64,000 nucleotides of DNA from Lachnospiraceae bacterium (GCA_036652815.1 JAVVVE010000006.1:11405-75404); one strand, 5' to 3'. Counted from the first letter of the stretch, positions 45,557-55,647 are shown. The notes: generated from the letters alone by a model not told the origin. Made by a program: numbers and translations.

Positions 45557-46198
45557 CTATCTCTTTACGCTTAAGGTAACACCGTCTCCAACCGGCAGAA
45601 TCGTGGTATCTAGATTCTCATTATGCGTCAACTCGTAGAGATATTCCCGCATCCTGCTATGAATCGTTCTGTTTCTTCTGGGAAGTGCATAGCGTGATTG
45701 TATGATATCGCCATCCTGTAAAACATTATCCGATAGCAAGAGACCGCCTTTAGGCAATAATCGCAGTATATCCGGCAGGAAATTAATATATTGTGCTTTG
45801 GCTGCGTCCATAAAGATAAGCTCATAAGAAGTGTTTAAATCGTGTAAGATGTCCACTGCATCTCCTTCTAATAAGGTGATGTTCTCTTCTCTGCCTGCTT
45901 GTTTAAAGTTCTCTTTGGCAATCGGTATCCTTTTAGCGTATTTCTCAATCGTCGTAATGTGGCATCCCGGTGGTGCATACTCACTCATAAGCAAGGTTGA
46001 GAATCCCACCGCCGTACCTACCTCCAAAATCGACATCGGCTTAGATAGCGTGAGCAAGCATCGAAGCAGATGCTGCGTGGAACGTCTGATAATCGGGACA
46101 TCGGCATCCAGTGCCTGTTTCCCTAAGTCTTCCAGCCAGTCCGGCAATCCCTGCTCCAGTGAGTCTAAAAAGGTTGCCATCCTCTCATCCACTATCAT
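45557..46198 (-). CDS. Family 3 O-methyltransferase (YrrM/TrmR-like)
   Basis: 213 aa. Contains ILEVGTAVGFST and IFMDAAKAQY motifs, and occupies the yrrM-equivalent position next to a U32 peptidase gene. Confidence 0.8.
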   Translation of the reverse strand: MIVDERMATFLDSLEQGLPDWLEDLGKQALDADVPIIRRSTQHLLRCLLTLSKPMSILEVGTAVGFSTLLMSEYAPPGCHITTIEKYAKRIPIAKENFKQAGREENITLLEGDAVDILHDLNTSYELIFMDAAKAQYINFLPDILRLLPKGGLLLSDNVLQDGDIIQSRYALPRRNRTIHSRMREYLYELTHNENLDTTILPVGDGVTLSVKR

Positions 46199-46584
46199 GG
46201 TGTATTTTCCTCTTCTGTCGTCGGTTCCGGCGCGATGACCGCTAATATCTCTTCTGCTGTCATGGAGGTATTGAGTTCATACGCTCCCGGTTGTATCTTA
46301 CCATAATACTCTGAGATACGTTCCTGCAGCCTAAACAGCTTAGCATCTCTGATTAACCCGTTGGTTTGCAATAGCTCTGCTATTTCCTTATCACTCTTGT
46401 TATCTGTAATCACTAAATTAACAGCTGTTCCGGGGGCTGTTTCCATAGGTGGTTCCGCGAAAAGGCGAAATCCGTATTCATATGCCGAGGTTGCCGCTCT
46501 GTATACCCCCACCACAATCAAGATCGCCAGTGCTATCTTAAGTATCGTTCCCATTACCGTCGATGTCACTTTCATTCCATTCAT
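46195..46584 (-). CDS. Small membrane-anchored protein resembling the N-terminal part of YceG/MltG
   Basis: 129 aa. Has one TM helix (ILKIALAILIVVGVY) followed by an LVITDNKSDKEIAELLQTNGLIRDAKLF segment like the LysM-like N-domain of MltG. No catalytic domain follows. It occupies the yrrL-equivalent position. Confidence 0.45.
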   Translation of the reverse strand: MNGMKVTSTVMGTILKIALAILIVVGVYRAATSAYEYGFRLFAEPPMETAPGTAVNLVITDNKSDKEIAELLQTNGLIRDAKLFRLQERISEYYGKIQPGAYELNTSMTAEEILAVIAPEPTTEEENTP

Positions 46585-46614
46585 ATCTGTAACCGTACCT
46601 TTCTGTAAGATAGC

Positions 46615-46941
46615 TTATTCAAATTCTACTTTCTCCGACAGATCCGTATAAATCTTTTGCATCATACGACAAAAGCTCAGCTCTGCTGCCAAGAATCTGT
46701 CTACGACGGGATTCTCACGAAAAATGGCGTATTCCTCACTTAATGCATCTGTCTGTTTAGCAATCTCATCGGACTCCTGCAGATTCTGTAAGGCAAAGTT
46801 CTTCTCCCTAAATTCATCAATCTGTTGTTTTAAGCCCGGTTGTGCTTTAACCTGTTCTTTTTGTATTACATAATCGCGATAGATGTCTGTACTCTTAATT
46901 ACTGTCGCAAAAGCTTCTATCTCTTCATCAATTGTTATCAT
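46615..46941 (-). CDS. YlbF/YmcA-family regulatory protein
   Basis: 108-aa helical protein (EIEAFATVIKSTDIYRDYVIQKEQVKAQPGLKQQIDEFREKNFALQ) resembling the YlbF/YmcA (Com_YlbF) family. Confidence 0.65.
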   Translation of the reverse strand: MITIDEEIEAFATVIKSTDIYRDYVIQKEQVKAQPGLKQQIDEFREKNFALQNLQESDEIAKQTDALSEEYAIFRENPVVDRFLAAELSFCRMMQKIYTDLSEKVEFE

Positions 46942-46959
46942 CTTACTATCGAGCCTCTT

Positions 46960-48633
46960 TTATACTTCCATAATAATTGGCAGAATCATCGGACGTCTTT
47001 TCGTCTTTTTCCAGAGGAATTCACTTAAAGAATCTTTTGTCATAGTTTTTATTTTACCCCAATCACTGATATTGCGATTCAGACATTTGCTAAGGGCTTC
47101 ATTCACTACATTTCTGGCTTCTTCCATCAATTCATCCGATTCTTTCACATAGACAAATCCTCTCGATACGATATCCGGTCCCGAGATTAGCTCATTGCTC
47201 GTCTGATCCAGACCGATTACCACGATCATGATACCATCCTCGGCAAGATGCTGCCTATCCCTCATCACTACATTGCCGACATCACCAACGCCCAAACCAT
47301 CTACCAAGATCGCACCTACAGGCACTTTTCCCGCTACTGCCGCTCCGTTTTGATCGAGTTCCAATACCTCGCCCGAGCTTAAGAGAAACACATTTTCTTT
47401 TGGAATCCCGAGCTCCATGGCTAATTTGGCTTGTGCCTTGAGATGTTTATACTCACCATGCACCGGAATCGCATATTTAGGTTGTGTCAGCGTATATAAT
47501 AATTTAATCTCTTCCTGGCAGGCATGTCCCGATACATGGGCATCCTGAAAGATAACATCTGCCCCTTTTCTGGATAATTCATTGATGACTTTTGTCACTG
47601 CCTTCTCATTACCCGGAATCGGATTGGAAGAAAAGATAACGGTATCTCCCGGCATAATCGTTACTTTTTTATGGGTATTGCTCGCCATACGGCTCAATGC
47701 CGCCATGCTCTCACCCTGACTGCCCGTTGTGATGATAACGGTCTGCTCTTTGGGATAATTTTTCAATAATTCAACATCCATAAGTGTATTCTCCGGGATG
47801 TTCAGACATTTAAGGTTAGAGGCTGTCTCTATAATATTGACCATACTTCTGCCTTCTACTACTACTTTACGCCCAAACTTGTCTGCAGAGTTAATAATCT
47901 GCTGCACACGGTCAACGTTAGAAGCAAAGGTAGCTATAATGATTCTGCTCGATTTATGTTCTGCAAAAATAGTATCAAATATTTTGCCGAGTGTCTTTTC
48001 AGATTGTGTAAATCCTTTTCTTTCCGCATTCGTGCTGTCGCACATCAAGGCAAGGACTCCTTTTTTGCCCAGTTCTGCAAATCTTTGCAGATCAATCGCA
48101 TCTCCAAATACAGGCGTGTAATCCACTTTAAAATCACCTGTATGCACCACGATCCCTGCCGGTGAATAGATAGCGAGTGCTGCCGCATCTACGATACTAT
48201 GGTTGGTCTTGATGAACTCAATCCGAAAACATCCCAAATTGATAATCTGTCCAAATTTAACCACCTTACGTCTTACTACATTAGTCAGGTTATGTTCTTT
48301 TAATTTGTTCTCAATAATACCCATGGTTAATCTGGTAGCATAGATCGGTACATTTAATTCTTTGAGGATATAGGGTAATGCCCCGATATGATCCTCGTGT
48401 CCATGTGTAAATACAAATCCTTTAACCTTGTCTGCATTGTCCTTCAAATAAGTAATATCCGGAATCACTAAATCAATCCCCAGCATATCATCCGCCGGAA
48501 AAGACAGACCGCAGTCGACAACAATAATACTGTCCTCATATTCGAAAGCAGTAATGTTCATGCCGATCTGCTCTAAGCCTCCGAGTGGTATTATCTTTAG
48601 CTTAGAACCATTTTCATTTTTAAGTTGTTTCAA
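46960..48633 (-). CDS. rnj: Ribonuclease J
   Basis: 557 aa. Has a metallo-beta-lactamase/beta-CASP organisation with the HGHEDHIG motif and the N-terminal LKIIPLGGLEQIGMN. Confidence 0.95.
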   Translation of the reverse strand: MKQLKNENGSKLKIIPLGGLEQIGMNITAFEYEDSIIVVDCGLSFPADDMLGIDLVIPDITYLKDNADKVKGFVFTHGHEDHIGALPYILKELNVPIYATRLTMGIIENKLKEHNLTNVVRRKVVKFGQIINLGCFRIEFIKTNHSIVDAAALAIYSPAGIVVHTGDFKVDYTPVFGDAIDLQRFAELGKKGVLALMCDSTNAERKGFTQSEKTLGKIFDTIFAEHKSSRIIIATFASNVDRVQQIINSADKFGRKVVVEGRSMVNIIETASNLKCLNIPENTLMDVELLKNYPKEQTVIITTGSQGESMAALSRMASNTHKKVTIMPGDTVIFSSNPIPGNEKAVTKVINELSRKGADVIFQDAHVSGHACQEEIKLLYTLTQPKYAIPVHGEYKHLKAQAKLAMELGIPKENVFLLSSGEVLELDQNGAAVAGKVPVGAILVDGLGVGDVGNVVMRDRQHLAEDGIMIVVIGLDQTSNELISGPDIVSRGFVYVKESDELMEEARNVVNEALSKCLNRNISDWGKIKTMTKDSLSEFLWKKTKRRPMILPIIMEV

Positions 48634-48672
48634 TCAATTATCCTCCTATATTGCTTGTGTTGTTTATATTAA

Positions 48673-48957
48673 TTAGTCCTCTGTTACAAATTCTACATCA
48701 TCCAGTATGCCATCAAACATCACGGCTACTGCTTCCAGTTCTTCTTCGTCTGAGACAATCTCATATACGCTCTCTTCTTCTTCCTGTGCAGATAGATCCT
48801 TTAAGATAAGAGCTTCTCCGTCTCCCTCTTCTTGATCTGTCACAAGAATATAGTTCACGCCTGCGATCCTGGTCTGTTCCAATACATAGAACTCCACTGC
48901 TTCGCCATCTTCCGTATAAAATGCGACGGTATCTAAATCTCCAAATTCTTCTCCCAT
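48673..48957 (-). CDS. DUF1292 (UPF0473, YrzB-like) acidic protein
   Basis: 94 aa and highly acidic, with DGEAVEFYVLEQTRIAGVNYILV. It follows ruvX as in Bacillus. Confidence 0.8.
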   Translation of the reverse strand: MGEEFGDLDTVAFYTEDGEAVEFYVLEQTRIAGVNYILVTDQEEGDGEALILKDLSAQEEEESVYEIVSDEEELEAVAVMFDGILDDVEFVTED

Positions 48958-49000
48958 ATAAAAACCATATTCCTTTCAACTCTCTCTGCCAATATATGTC

Positions 49001-49435
49001 TTATTCTGCTCGCTGGTTCGCCCGTAAATCCAAAAATCCCTGCAAAATAAATACAGCGGCTATGCTATCCACATAGTTGCTTCTATTCTCTCTGCGTATT
49101 CCCGCTTCTATCATCGCTTTATCTGCAGCTACCGTTGTCAGACGTTCATCCCACATCGTAACCTGCAATCCCGTTCTTCTCTGAAGCATCTCTTGAAAAG
49201 CGAGTGACTTCTCTACCCGTTCTCCCTCAGAACCATTCATATTCACAGGGAGTCCCAAGACAATCTCACTCACTTCATATTCTAATATCAGTTCTTCTAT
49301 GCGTGCCAGTGTCTGCCGTAATTTATCTTCTGATTTCCTTCTTATGATCTCTTTGCCTTGTGCTGTAATGAACAGAGAATCGCTGATGGCAACTCCTACT
49401 GTCTTAGATCCAAAATCTAAGCCCATAATCCTCAT
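49001..49435 (-). CDS. ruvX: Putative pre-16S rRNA nuclease / Holliday junction resolvase-like RuvX (YqgF)
   Basis: Begins [19 protein letters not shown]... from the ATG at 49433-49435, with an AGAGGA RBS. Confidence 0.9.
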   Translation of the reverse strand: MRIMGLDFGSKTVGVAISDSLFITAQGKEIIRRKSEDKLRQTLARIEELILEYEVSEIVLGLPVNMNGSEGERVEKSLAFQEMLQRRTGLQVTMWDERLTTVAADKAMIEAGIRRENRSNYVDSIAAVFILQGFLDLRANQRAE

Positions 49436-49452
49436 AGTGTTTTCCTCTCTGC

Positions 49453-49716
49453 TTACTCCCAATGATTCGCTTTAATGTATTCTTTGAGCATCTCTTCTAC
49501 CAACTCATCACGCTCTGCCTTCATGATGAGACTTCTTGCATTTTTATGGCTCGTGATATAAGTGGGATCACCTGACATAATATAGCCTACAATCTGATTC
49601 ACGGGATTGTAACCCTTCTCCGTCAGTGCTTCGTATACTGTGGATAGAATAATCTTAACCCCTGTTTCCGGCTCTGTTTCTACTTTAAAATATTGTGTAT
49701 TTCCTAAATCTTGCAT
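49453..49716 (-). CDS. IreB-family regulatory phosphoprotein (UPF0297/DUF965)
   Basis: Has [38 protein letters not shown], typical of UPF0297. The start is assigned to the ATG at 49714-49716. Confidence 0.8.
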   Translation of the reverse strand: MQDLGNTQYFKVETEPETGVKIILSTVYEALTEKGYNPVNQIVGYIMSGDPTYITSHKNARSLIMKAERDELVEEMLKEYIKANHWE

Positions 49717-49757
49717 AATGTCACGCCCTTTCACAGTTACTTCTTATCTTACCCTAT

Positions 49758-51074
49758 TTATTTTGAAAATTCAATGCTTAGAAGTATATTATCCGAAAAT
49801 AATTCTGTAGGCACTACAGTTCTAATGCAGTTTTCCAGATTTTCTTCCGTCTGCACTCCTACTTTAACATAGTGTACGGTATGCCCAATCCAATAAGTTT
49901 TGCCATCTATCTGCTTGGATTCTTCAAAGAGGACTTCTTCCGGTTGATTGAGATAATATGTCCTGAATCTCTTGGATTGTTCCAATGCAAGAGCCTGTAA
50001 TCTGCTGCTGCGTCTTGTCTGCAGTGCACTGTCTATCTGTAAAGGCATGGTAGCTGCCGGTGTTCCCTGTCTCTTGGAATATTTGAAGATATGCATCTCG
50101 TAATAGTCTATCTCGCGCAAGAACTGCTCCGTATGCTCAAATTCTTCTTCGCTTTCTCCCGGAAAACCCACGATCACATCTGTGGTAATCGCCGGATGTT
50201 CATAGAATCTGCGTAGAATCGCCACACAGTTACGATACTCCTGCGTTGTATAGTGTCTGTTCATACGTTGTAAGGTCGCATCGCATCCGCTCTGTAAGGA
50301 CAGATGAAAATGAGGACATACTTTTGGCAAAAGATGAAGTGCCTGTACAAATTCGGTCGTTATAATCCGTGGCTCCAGAGAACCTATGCGGATTCTGCGA
50401 AGTCCCTCTATGGCATGCAGCTTGGTAATCAGCGTCAACAGATTATCGGGTCCTTCCCAATCGACCCCATAAGAACTAATATGTATCCCGGTCAGCACAA
50501 TCTCCTGATATCCATTTGCCACAAGACCTTCTACTTCCTTCAAAATATGGCTCACGCTCCGGCTGCGCACACGCCCTCTGGCATAAGGGATAATGCAATA
50601 TGTGCAGAATTGATTACAGCCATCCTGAATCTTAATATAGGCTCTGGTATGTTCCGCTGTCTTTGTCAACTGCATCTCTTCATATTCATCGGTTTGATTA
50701 ATATCAATAATCGTATCTTCTTCGGGACATTCATTTTGGTAAGCTTCTATGATAGCTACGATATCTTTCTTCCTATTATTTCCAATCGCTATGTCCACAC
50801 TCTCTTCCAGTGCACTCGTATCCTGCCCTGTTTGTACATAGCAGCCGGTTGCAATAATCAGCGCCTCCGGATTACGTTTTCTTGCTTTATGTAACATTTG
50901 TCTGCTTTTTCTATCTGCTATATTGGTTACACTACAGGTATTTACAATATAAATATCTGCCAATTCATCAAATGGTACAATTTTATATCCGCTTTCTTGT
51001 AACATTTGTTGCATAACATCTATCTCATATGCATTTACCTTGCATCCCAAATTATGTAGTGCTACACTTTTCAT
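49758..51074 (-). CDS. mtaB: tRNA methylthiotransferase MtaB (radical SAM, MiaB-like)
   Basis: Has an N-terminal UPF0004 domain (LGCKVNAYE), a radical SAM CNQFCTYC cluster and a TRAM-like C-terminus. The start is at the ATG at 51072-51074, after GAGGA. Confidence 0.85.
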   Translation of the reverse strand: MKSVALHNLGCKVNAYEIDVMQQMLQESGYKIVPFDELADIYIVNTCSVTNIADRKSRQMLHKARKRNPEALIIATGCYVQTGQDTSALEESVDIAIGNNRKKDIVAIIEAYQNECPEEDTIIDINQTDEYEEMQLTKTAEHTRAYIKIQDGCNQFCTYCIIPYARGRVRSRSVSHILKEVEGLVANGYQEIVLTGIHISSYGVDWEGPDNLLTLITKLHAIEGLRRIRIGSLEPRIITTEFVQALHLLPKVCPHFHLSLQSGCDATLQRMNRHYTTQEYRNCVAILRRFYEHPAITTDVIVGFPGESEEEFEHTEQFLREIDYYEMHIFKYSKRQGTPAATMPLQIDSALQTRRSSRLQALALEQSKRFRTYYLNQPEEVLFEESKQIDGKTYWIGHTVHYVKVGVQTEENLENCIRTVVPTELFSDNILLSIEFSK

Positions 51075-51177
51075 ACTATTCCTCACTTTTTTTGTATTGT
51101 TTTATCATTGACTTTTTTCCTCGAAACCTTTACTATAGACACAGAAGGTACGAAACAATTTAAGGAGGTATTTCCCA

Positions 51178-51408
51178 ATGAAAACAGTACAGATATCATT
51201 AAATTCTATTGACAAAGTTAAATCTTTTGTTAATGACGTTACAAAATTCGATTATGATTTTGATTTAGTATCAGGCAGATATGTAATTGATGCAAAATCT
51301 ATTATGGGTATCTTTAGTTTAGATTTATCCAAACCGATTGATTTGAATATCCATGCAGAAGAGAAAATCGAAGAAGTTTTGGCAGTATTAAAGCCATATA
51401 TCATCTAA
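51178..51408 (+). CDS. HPr-like protein lacking the phosphorylatable His15
   Basis: 76 aa. It aligns by eye with HPr, with DAKSIMGIFSLDL corresponding to NLKSIMGVMSLGI. The active-site GIHARP is replaced by SIDKVK, and the Ser46 equivalent is retained. It has a GGAGG RBS. This is the only plus-strand gene. Confidence 0.7.
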   Translation: MKTVQISLNSIDKVKSFVNDVTKFDYDFDLVSGRYVIDAKSIMGIFSLDLSKPIDLNIHAEEKIEEVLAVLKPYII

Positions 51409-51423
51409 TCTTAATCAAATCAG

Positions 51424-51450
51424 AAAGCAAGACCATGTGTCTTGCTTTTT
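51424..51450 (+). terminator. Rho-independent terminator between the convergent HPr-like and thiI genes
   Basis: AAAGCAAGAC-CATGT-GTCTTGCTTTTTT, read directly. The T run is on the plus strand; on the minus strand the U tract is weaker. Confidence 0.7.
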
Positions 51451-51483
51451 TGTTGTCTTACTTTTTTATTGTTATGCTATCGG

Positions 51484-52665
51484 TTATTGTTGCACCACAA
51501 TCACTTCATCTGTCTGTAACGCTGTCTCTATCATCTCTTCAATCCGTTCTTCCAGATTCTGCTCGTGTATCTTGATGACTTTAAGATTAGGCTTAGTGAC
51601 CGGATGCTTCGCTACAAAGATCGTACAGCAGTCTTCAAACGGAAGAATCGATGTCTCATAGGTATGAATCTGTTCTGAAATAGTAACAATCTCCTGTTTA
51701 TCAAATCCTATCAGTGGTCTATATACCGGCATCGTGCAGACTTCATTGGTCACTGCAAGACTCTGCATCGTCTGAGAAGCAACCTGTCCGATACTCTCTC
51801 CTGTAATCAGTCCAATACACTGATTCAAAGATGCGATCCTCTCTGCAATCAGCATCATGTAACGACGCATGATAATCGTTAATTCTTCATGCGGACATTT
51901 CTCATAGATATATAACTGAATCTCGGTAAAATTAATCACATGTAGATGAATCGATCCGGAGTAACGCGTTACCAACTTTGCCAGGTCAACTACTTTTTGT
52001 TTGGCTCTTTCACTGGTATAAGGCGGTGCATGAAAATAAACTGCATCCAGCTTGACTCCTCGCTTTGCTATCATATATCCCGCCACAGGAGAATCGATCC
52101 CACCCGATAAGAGCAGCATCGCTTTCCCTGCCGTACCAATCGGCATACCGCCCGGTCCCGGAATCACAACAGAATAGATGTAGATGCGTTCACGAATCTC
52201 AATATTGAGGGTAATCTGCGGATGATGAACATCCACTTTCATCTCCGGAAAAGCATCCAGGATTCGTCCCCCCATCTCTTCATTGATACTCATCGAATCC
52301 ATCGGATAGTTCTTTCTTGCCCTTCTAGCCGCGACCTTGAAGGTCTGATGCTTATCCGGATAGGTCTCATCCATATACTGTAAGATCGTTTGGCTCAGAT
52401 CTTCAAAGCCTTCATCTTCCACATGTACGACAGGACAGATGCCCGCGATGCCGAACACTGTCCTTAGATTCTCTATCGTCTCATCATAATCATACTCACT
52501 TAATACTTCTATATAGATTCTTCCCTGTGTCTTATGCACCTGGAATCGTCCTTCACATCTTTTTAATGCATAACGTATCTGTGCTACCAATGCGTCTTCA
52601 AATAAATATCTGTTTTTACCCTTAACACCGATCTCGGCATATTTTATTAAAAAAGCTGTATACAT
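51484..52665 (-). CDS. thiI: tRNA 4-thiouridine synthase ThiI
   Basis: 393 aa. Has ferredoxin-like and THUMP N-terminal domains, then the PP-loop LLSGGIDSPVA. Confidence 0.9.
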   Translation of the reverse strand: MYTAFLIKYAEIGVKGKNRYLFEDALVAQIRYALKRCEGRFQVHKTQGRIYIEVLSEYDYDETIENLRTVFGIAGICPVVHVEDEGFEDLSQTILQYMDETYPDKHQTFKVAARRARKNYPMDSMSINEEMGGRILDAFPEMKVDVHHPQITLNIEIRERIYIYSVVIPGPGGMPIGTAGKAMLLLSGGIDSPVAGYMIAKRGVKLDAVYFHAPPYTSERAKQKVVDLAKLVTRYSGSIHLHVINFTEIQLYIYEKCPHEELTIIMRRYMMLIAERIASLNQCIGLITGESIGQVASQTMQSLAVTNEVCTMPVYRPLIGFDKQEIVTISEQIHTYETSILPFEDCCTIFVAKHPVTKPNLKVIKIHEQNLEERIEEMIETALQTDEVIVVQQ

Positions 52666-52709
52666 GGGATTCTCCTCTGTAGGTCAGATCCTTTCGTTAC
52701 TATGGTTCT

Positions 52710-53864
52710 CTAATGTCTCGTATATTTACGAAGCATAGGTATCATATCACACATGGTTTCTATTGTATAGTGGATTTCTTCCATCGTTGTAAAAACAGAA
52801 AAGCTGAAACGCACGGTAGAGCCTAACAACTCAGGTCGGATTCCGATGGCTTGCAATGTCGTTGACGTGGTAACACGATGTGCCGCACACGCACTGCCTG
52901 CTGATACATAGATACCCCGTTCTTCCAACGAATGAAGCAGTACTTCGCTCCTAATACCTTCTACCGACACACTCACGACATGTGGAGCACTATCGCGTCC
53001 TGTCAATCCATTGATGCTAACCCCATCTATCTGTTGGATGCCTTCTAGGAAGGTCTCTTTCAATGCATAGAGTCTCTCTGTTGACTCTTCCAGATGCTCA
53101 TATATTTCTTCAATTGCCCGAGCCATACCGGCTGTTCCCGGAACATTCTCCGTACCGGAGCGTAACCCATTCTGCTGTCCACCGCCATAATTAATCGCTT
53201 GCAGCTTGACCGAAGCGTTATGATATAAGAATCCAATACCTTTTGGTCCATGGATCTTATGCCCGCTCACAGACAGTAGATCGATCCCCATCTTCCGCGG
53301 CAATATTCTGAATTTTCCATATCCTTGTACTGCATCCACATGAAATATAATGTTAGGATTAATCCTCTTAATGAGCGCTCCTGCTTGTGCAATGGGCTGC
53401 AAAGAACCTATCTCATTATTGGTATGCATAATTGATACCAAAATCGTGTCTTCCTGAATCGCTTCTTCCAGATCAATCAGTTGAATCTGTCCGTTATGGT
53501 CTACCGGCAAATAGGTCACATTGAATCCTCTCGTTTTCAGATATTCCATCGTTTGCAGGATAGCCGGGTGTTCAATCGCTGTTGTAATCAGATGTCTCCC
53601 TGCTCTTTGATTGGCAAGTGCCGCTCCGATTAATGCTATATTATCAGATTCTGTTCCCCCTGAAGTAAACAGAATCTCTTTTTCATCTACCTTTAAGTTT
53701 TTGGCAATTACATCTTTGGCATAGCGTATATATTGCTCTGCCTCCATCCCTTTGTTATGCATACTGGATGGATTTCCATAATCTTCACACATAATCGTGG
53801 TCATCAGTGCCGCAACACCGGTCAATACTTTTGTCGTAGCCGAATTATCAAGATATACTTCCAT
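52710..53864 (-). CDS. Cysteine desulfurase (NifS/NifZ/IscS type)
   Basis: 384 aa. Has the SGHKIHGPKG PLP lysine and the SAGSACA catalytic cysteine loop, and is paired with thiI as in Bacillus nifZ-thiI. Confidence 0.9.
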   Translation of the reverse strand: MEVYLDNSATTKVLTGVAALMTTIMCEDYGNPSSMHNKGMEAEQYIRYAKDVIAKNLKVDEKEILFTSGGTESDNIALIGAALANQRAGRHLITTAIEHPAILQTMEYLKTRGFNVTYLPVDHNGQIQLIDLEEAIQEDTILVSIMHTNNEIGSLQPIAQAGALIKRINPNIIFHVDAVQGYGKFRILPRKMGIDLLSVSGHKIHGPKGIGFLYHNASVKLQAINYGGGQQNGLRSGTENVPGTAGMARAIEEIYEHLEESTERLYALKETFLEGIQQIDGVSINGLTGRDSAPHVVSVSVEGIRSEVLLHSLEERGIYVSAGSACAAHRVTTSTTLQAIGIRPELLGSTVRFSFSVFTTMEEIHYTIETMCDMIPMLRKYTRH

Positions 53865-53926
53865 ACTCAGTTCCCTTCCATGCTGTTATTGTATTATATG
53901 CATTTGATTTTTAACAGTTCTGTCCC

Positions 53927-54667
53927 TCACTGTTCCAGTTGATACATAATCCATGCCAACATAGTGAAGCCGGCTGTCTCTGTTCGCAGGATTCGTTTTC
54001 CCAACGTAATCGGACTCATCCCCGCATCTATCGCTGCCTGTATCTCCATCTCATCAAATCCGCCTTCCGGTCCTATAAAGACCGCAATCGTTTGTTCAGC
54101 CTGTAAAGAATCCATGATGTCTTTTGTATGTATCATCCCTTCTGCCAGTTCATAAGGGATTAATTTAACATCCATCTCTCCGGCATAAGCGATGGCTTCT
54201 GTCATCGTCATCACATCTGTAATCTTAGGTATCACCCGGCGTTTACTCTGTTTGGCCGCTGCCTCTGCGATAGCCTGCCATCGTTCTATCTTATTCTTAG
54301 CCTTTTTCTCATCGAGTTTGACAACCGCTCTTTTGGTAGCCATCGGGATAATCTCATAAACACCCAGTTCCACTGCTTTTTGAATAATCAGTTCCATCTT
54401 ATCTGCCTTGGGCAGACCCTGAAACAGATATACTTTGGAAGCTAACTCTACGCCGTCTTCTTTTACAAAACGAAGTTCACACAGAACGGCATCCTCTTCA
54501 AACCCTACGATCGCACAGCGATATTCCTTTTGATCTATTCCATTGCTGACATTCAATTCTTCACCGATTCGCATACGTAACACATGTTTCATGTGATTCA
54601 CATCTGTTCCCGTTATCCGTATGGTATTGCCTTGTATCTGTTGGGGTTCTACAAAAAATTGATACAT
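53927..54667 (-). CDS. rsmE: 16S rRNA (uracil1498-N3)-methyltransferase RsmE
   Basis: 246 aa. Has a PUA-like N-terminus (FFVEPQQI...HMKHVLRM) and a SPOUT C-terminus (IGPEGGF...LGKRILRTETA). Confidence 0.9.
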   Translation of the reverse strand: MYQFFVEPQQIQGNTIRITGTDVNHMKHVLRMRIGEELNVSNGIDQKEYRCAIVGFEEDAVLCELRFVKEDGVELASKVYLFQGLPKADKMELIIQKAVELGVYEIIPMATKRAVVKLDEKKAKNKIERWQAIAEAAAKQSKRRVIPKITDVMTMTEAIAYAGEMDVKLIPYELAEGMIHTKDIMDSLQAEQTIAVFIGPEGGFDEMEIQAAIDAGMSPITLGKRILRTETAGFTMLAWIMYQLEQ

Positions 54668-54681
54668 ACACCGCCTCTTTT

Positions 54682-55647
54682 CTATTGTGCTTTACGTGCA
54701 GTCACGCTCACCCATTCTCCTTGACGTGTCACTTCCACTACCGTAAAACCGGCTGTTTTTATCGCTTCTACTACGATTGCTTCTTTTTCTTTAATAATGC
54801 CCGAAGTAATATAGTAGCCTCCCGGTACCAGGTGCTGCAGGATAACAGGCGTCAAGGGTACCAATACCTCTGCCAGGATATTGGCTGCTATCATCTCATA
54901 GCACCCATATCCTATCGTATCCTGTATCTTTTTATCGGTAATCAGATTGCCAATCATGACTTCAAACTTCTCCGGCTCCACTCCGTTGACTTCCATATTT
55001 TCATGAGTCGCTGTGATGGCACAGGGATCCAAATCTGTCCCTTTGGCACTTTTCGCTCCATACATCAATGCCAGAATACCCAGGATCCCACTTCCGCATC
55101 CCACATCCAGCATCCTGGTATCTTTGGTCACGTATTTCTTGATTTGTCTGATACATAACTGTGTTGTCTCATGCATCCCCGTACCGAATGCAGTGCCCGG
55201 ATCAATATGCAGTATCTTCTTATGTGCATCTTCCGCTTTCACAGTCTCCCAGGAAGGGATTACTAATAAGTCATCAATATAGAATTGATGGAAAAATTCT
55301 TTCCAGTTATTGATCCAGTCTTTGTCTTCTGTCTCAAAGAGCTGTATCGACCCCTCACCAATATCCATGAATCCACGTATCTCTTCCAGTTCGACCTGCA
55401 TCCTGTCTATCGTCTTTTGAATCTCCTCAGATGCTTCTGTAATTTCCACAAAAAAGCTAAGGTAAGCGATCCCGTCATCCGCCGGTCCATCGGGTAAAAT
55501 ATCCACAAACATCTGCTCTTTATCCAGTGCGGTAAGCGGCACTTTATCCTCTATCTGTGCGCCTTCCAGACCAATATCATACATGGCACTGATAATAACA
55601 TCCTCCGCCTGTGTTGTTGTCTTAATCGTTATCTTATTCCACTTCAT
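54682..55647 (-). CDS. prmA: Ribosomal protein L11 methyltransferase PrmA
   Basis: 321 aa. Has FGTGMHETT and LDVGCGSGILG motifs. Confidence 0.9.
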   Translation of the reverse strand: MKWNKITIKTTTQAEDVIISAMYDIGLEGAQIEDKVPLTALDKEQMFVDILPDGPADDGIAYLSFFVEITEASEEIQKTIDRMQVELEEIRGFMDIGEGSIQLFETEDKDWINNWKEFFHQFYIDDLLVIPSWETVKAEDAHKKILHIDPGTAFGTGMHETTQLCIRQIKKYVTKDTRMLDVGCGSGILGILALMYGAKSAKGTDLDPCAITATHENMEVNGVEPEKFEVMIGNLITDKKIQDTIGYGCYEMIAANILAEVLVPLTPVILQHLVPGGYYITSGIIKEKEAIVVEAIKTAGFTVVEVTRQGEWVSVTARKAQ

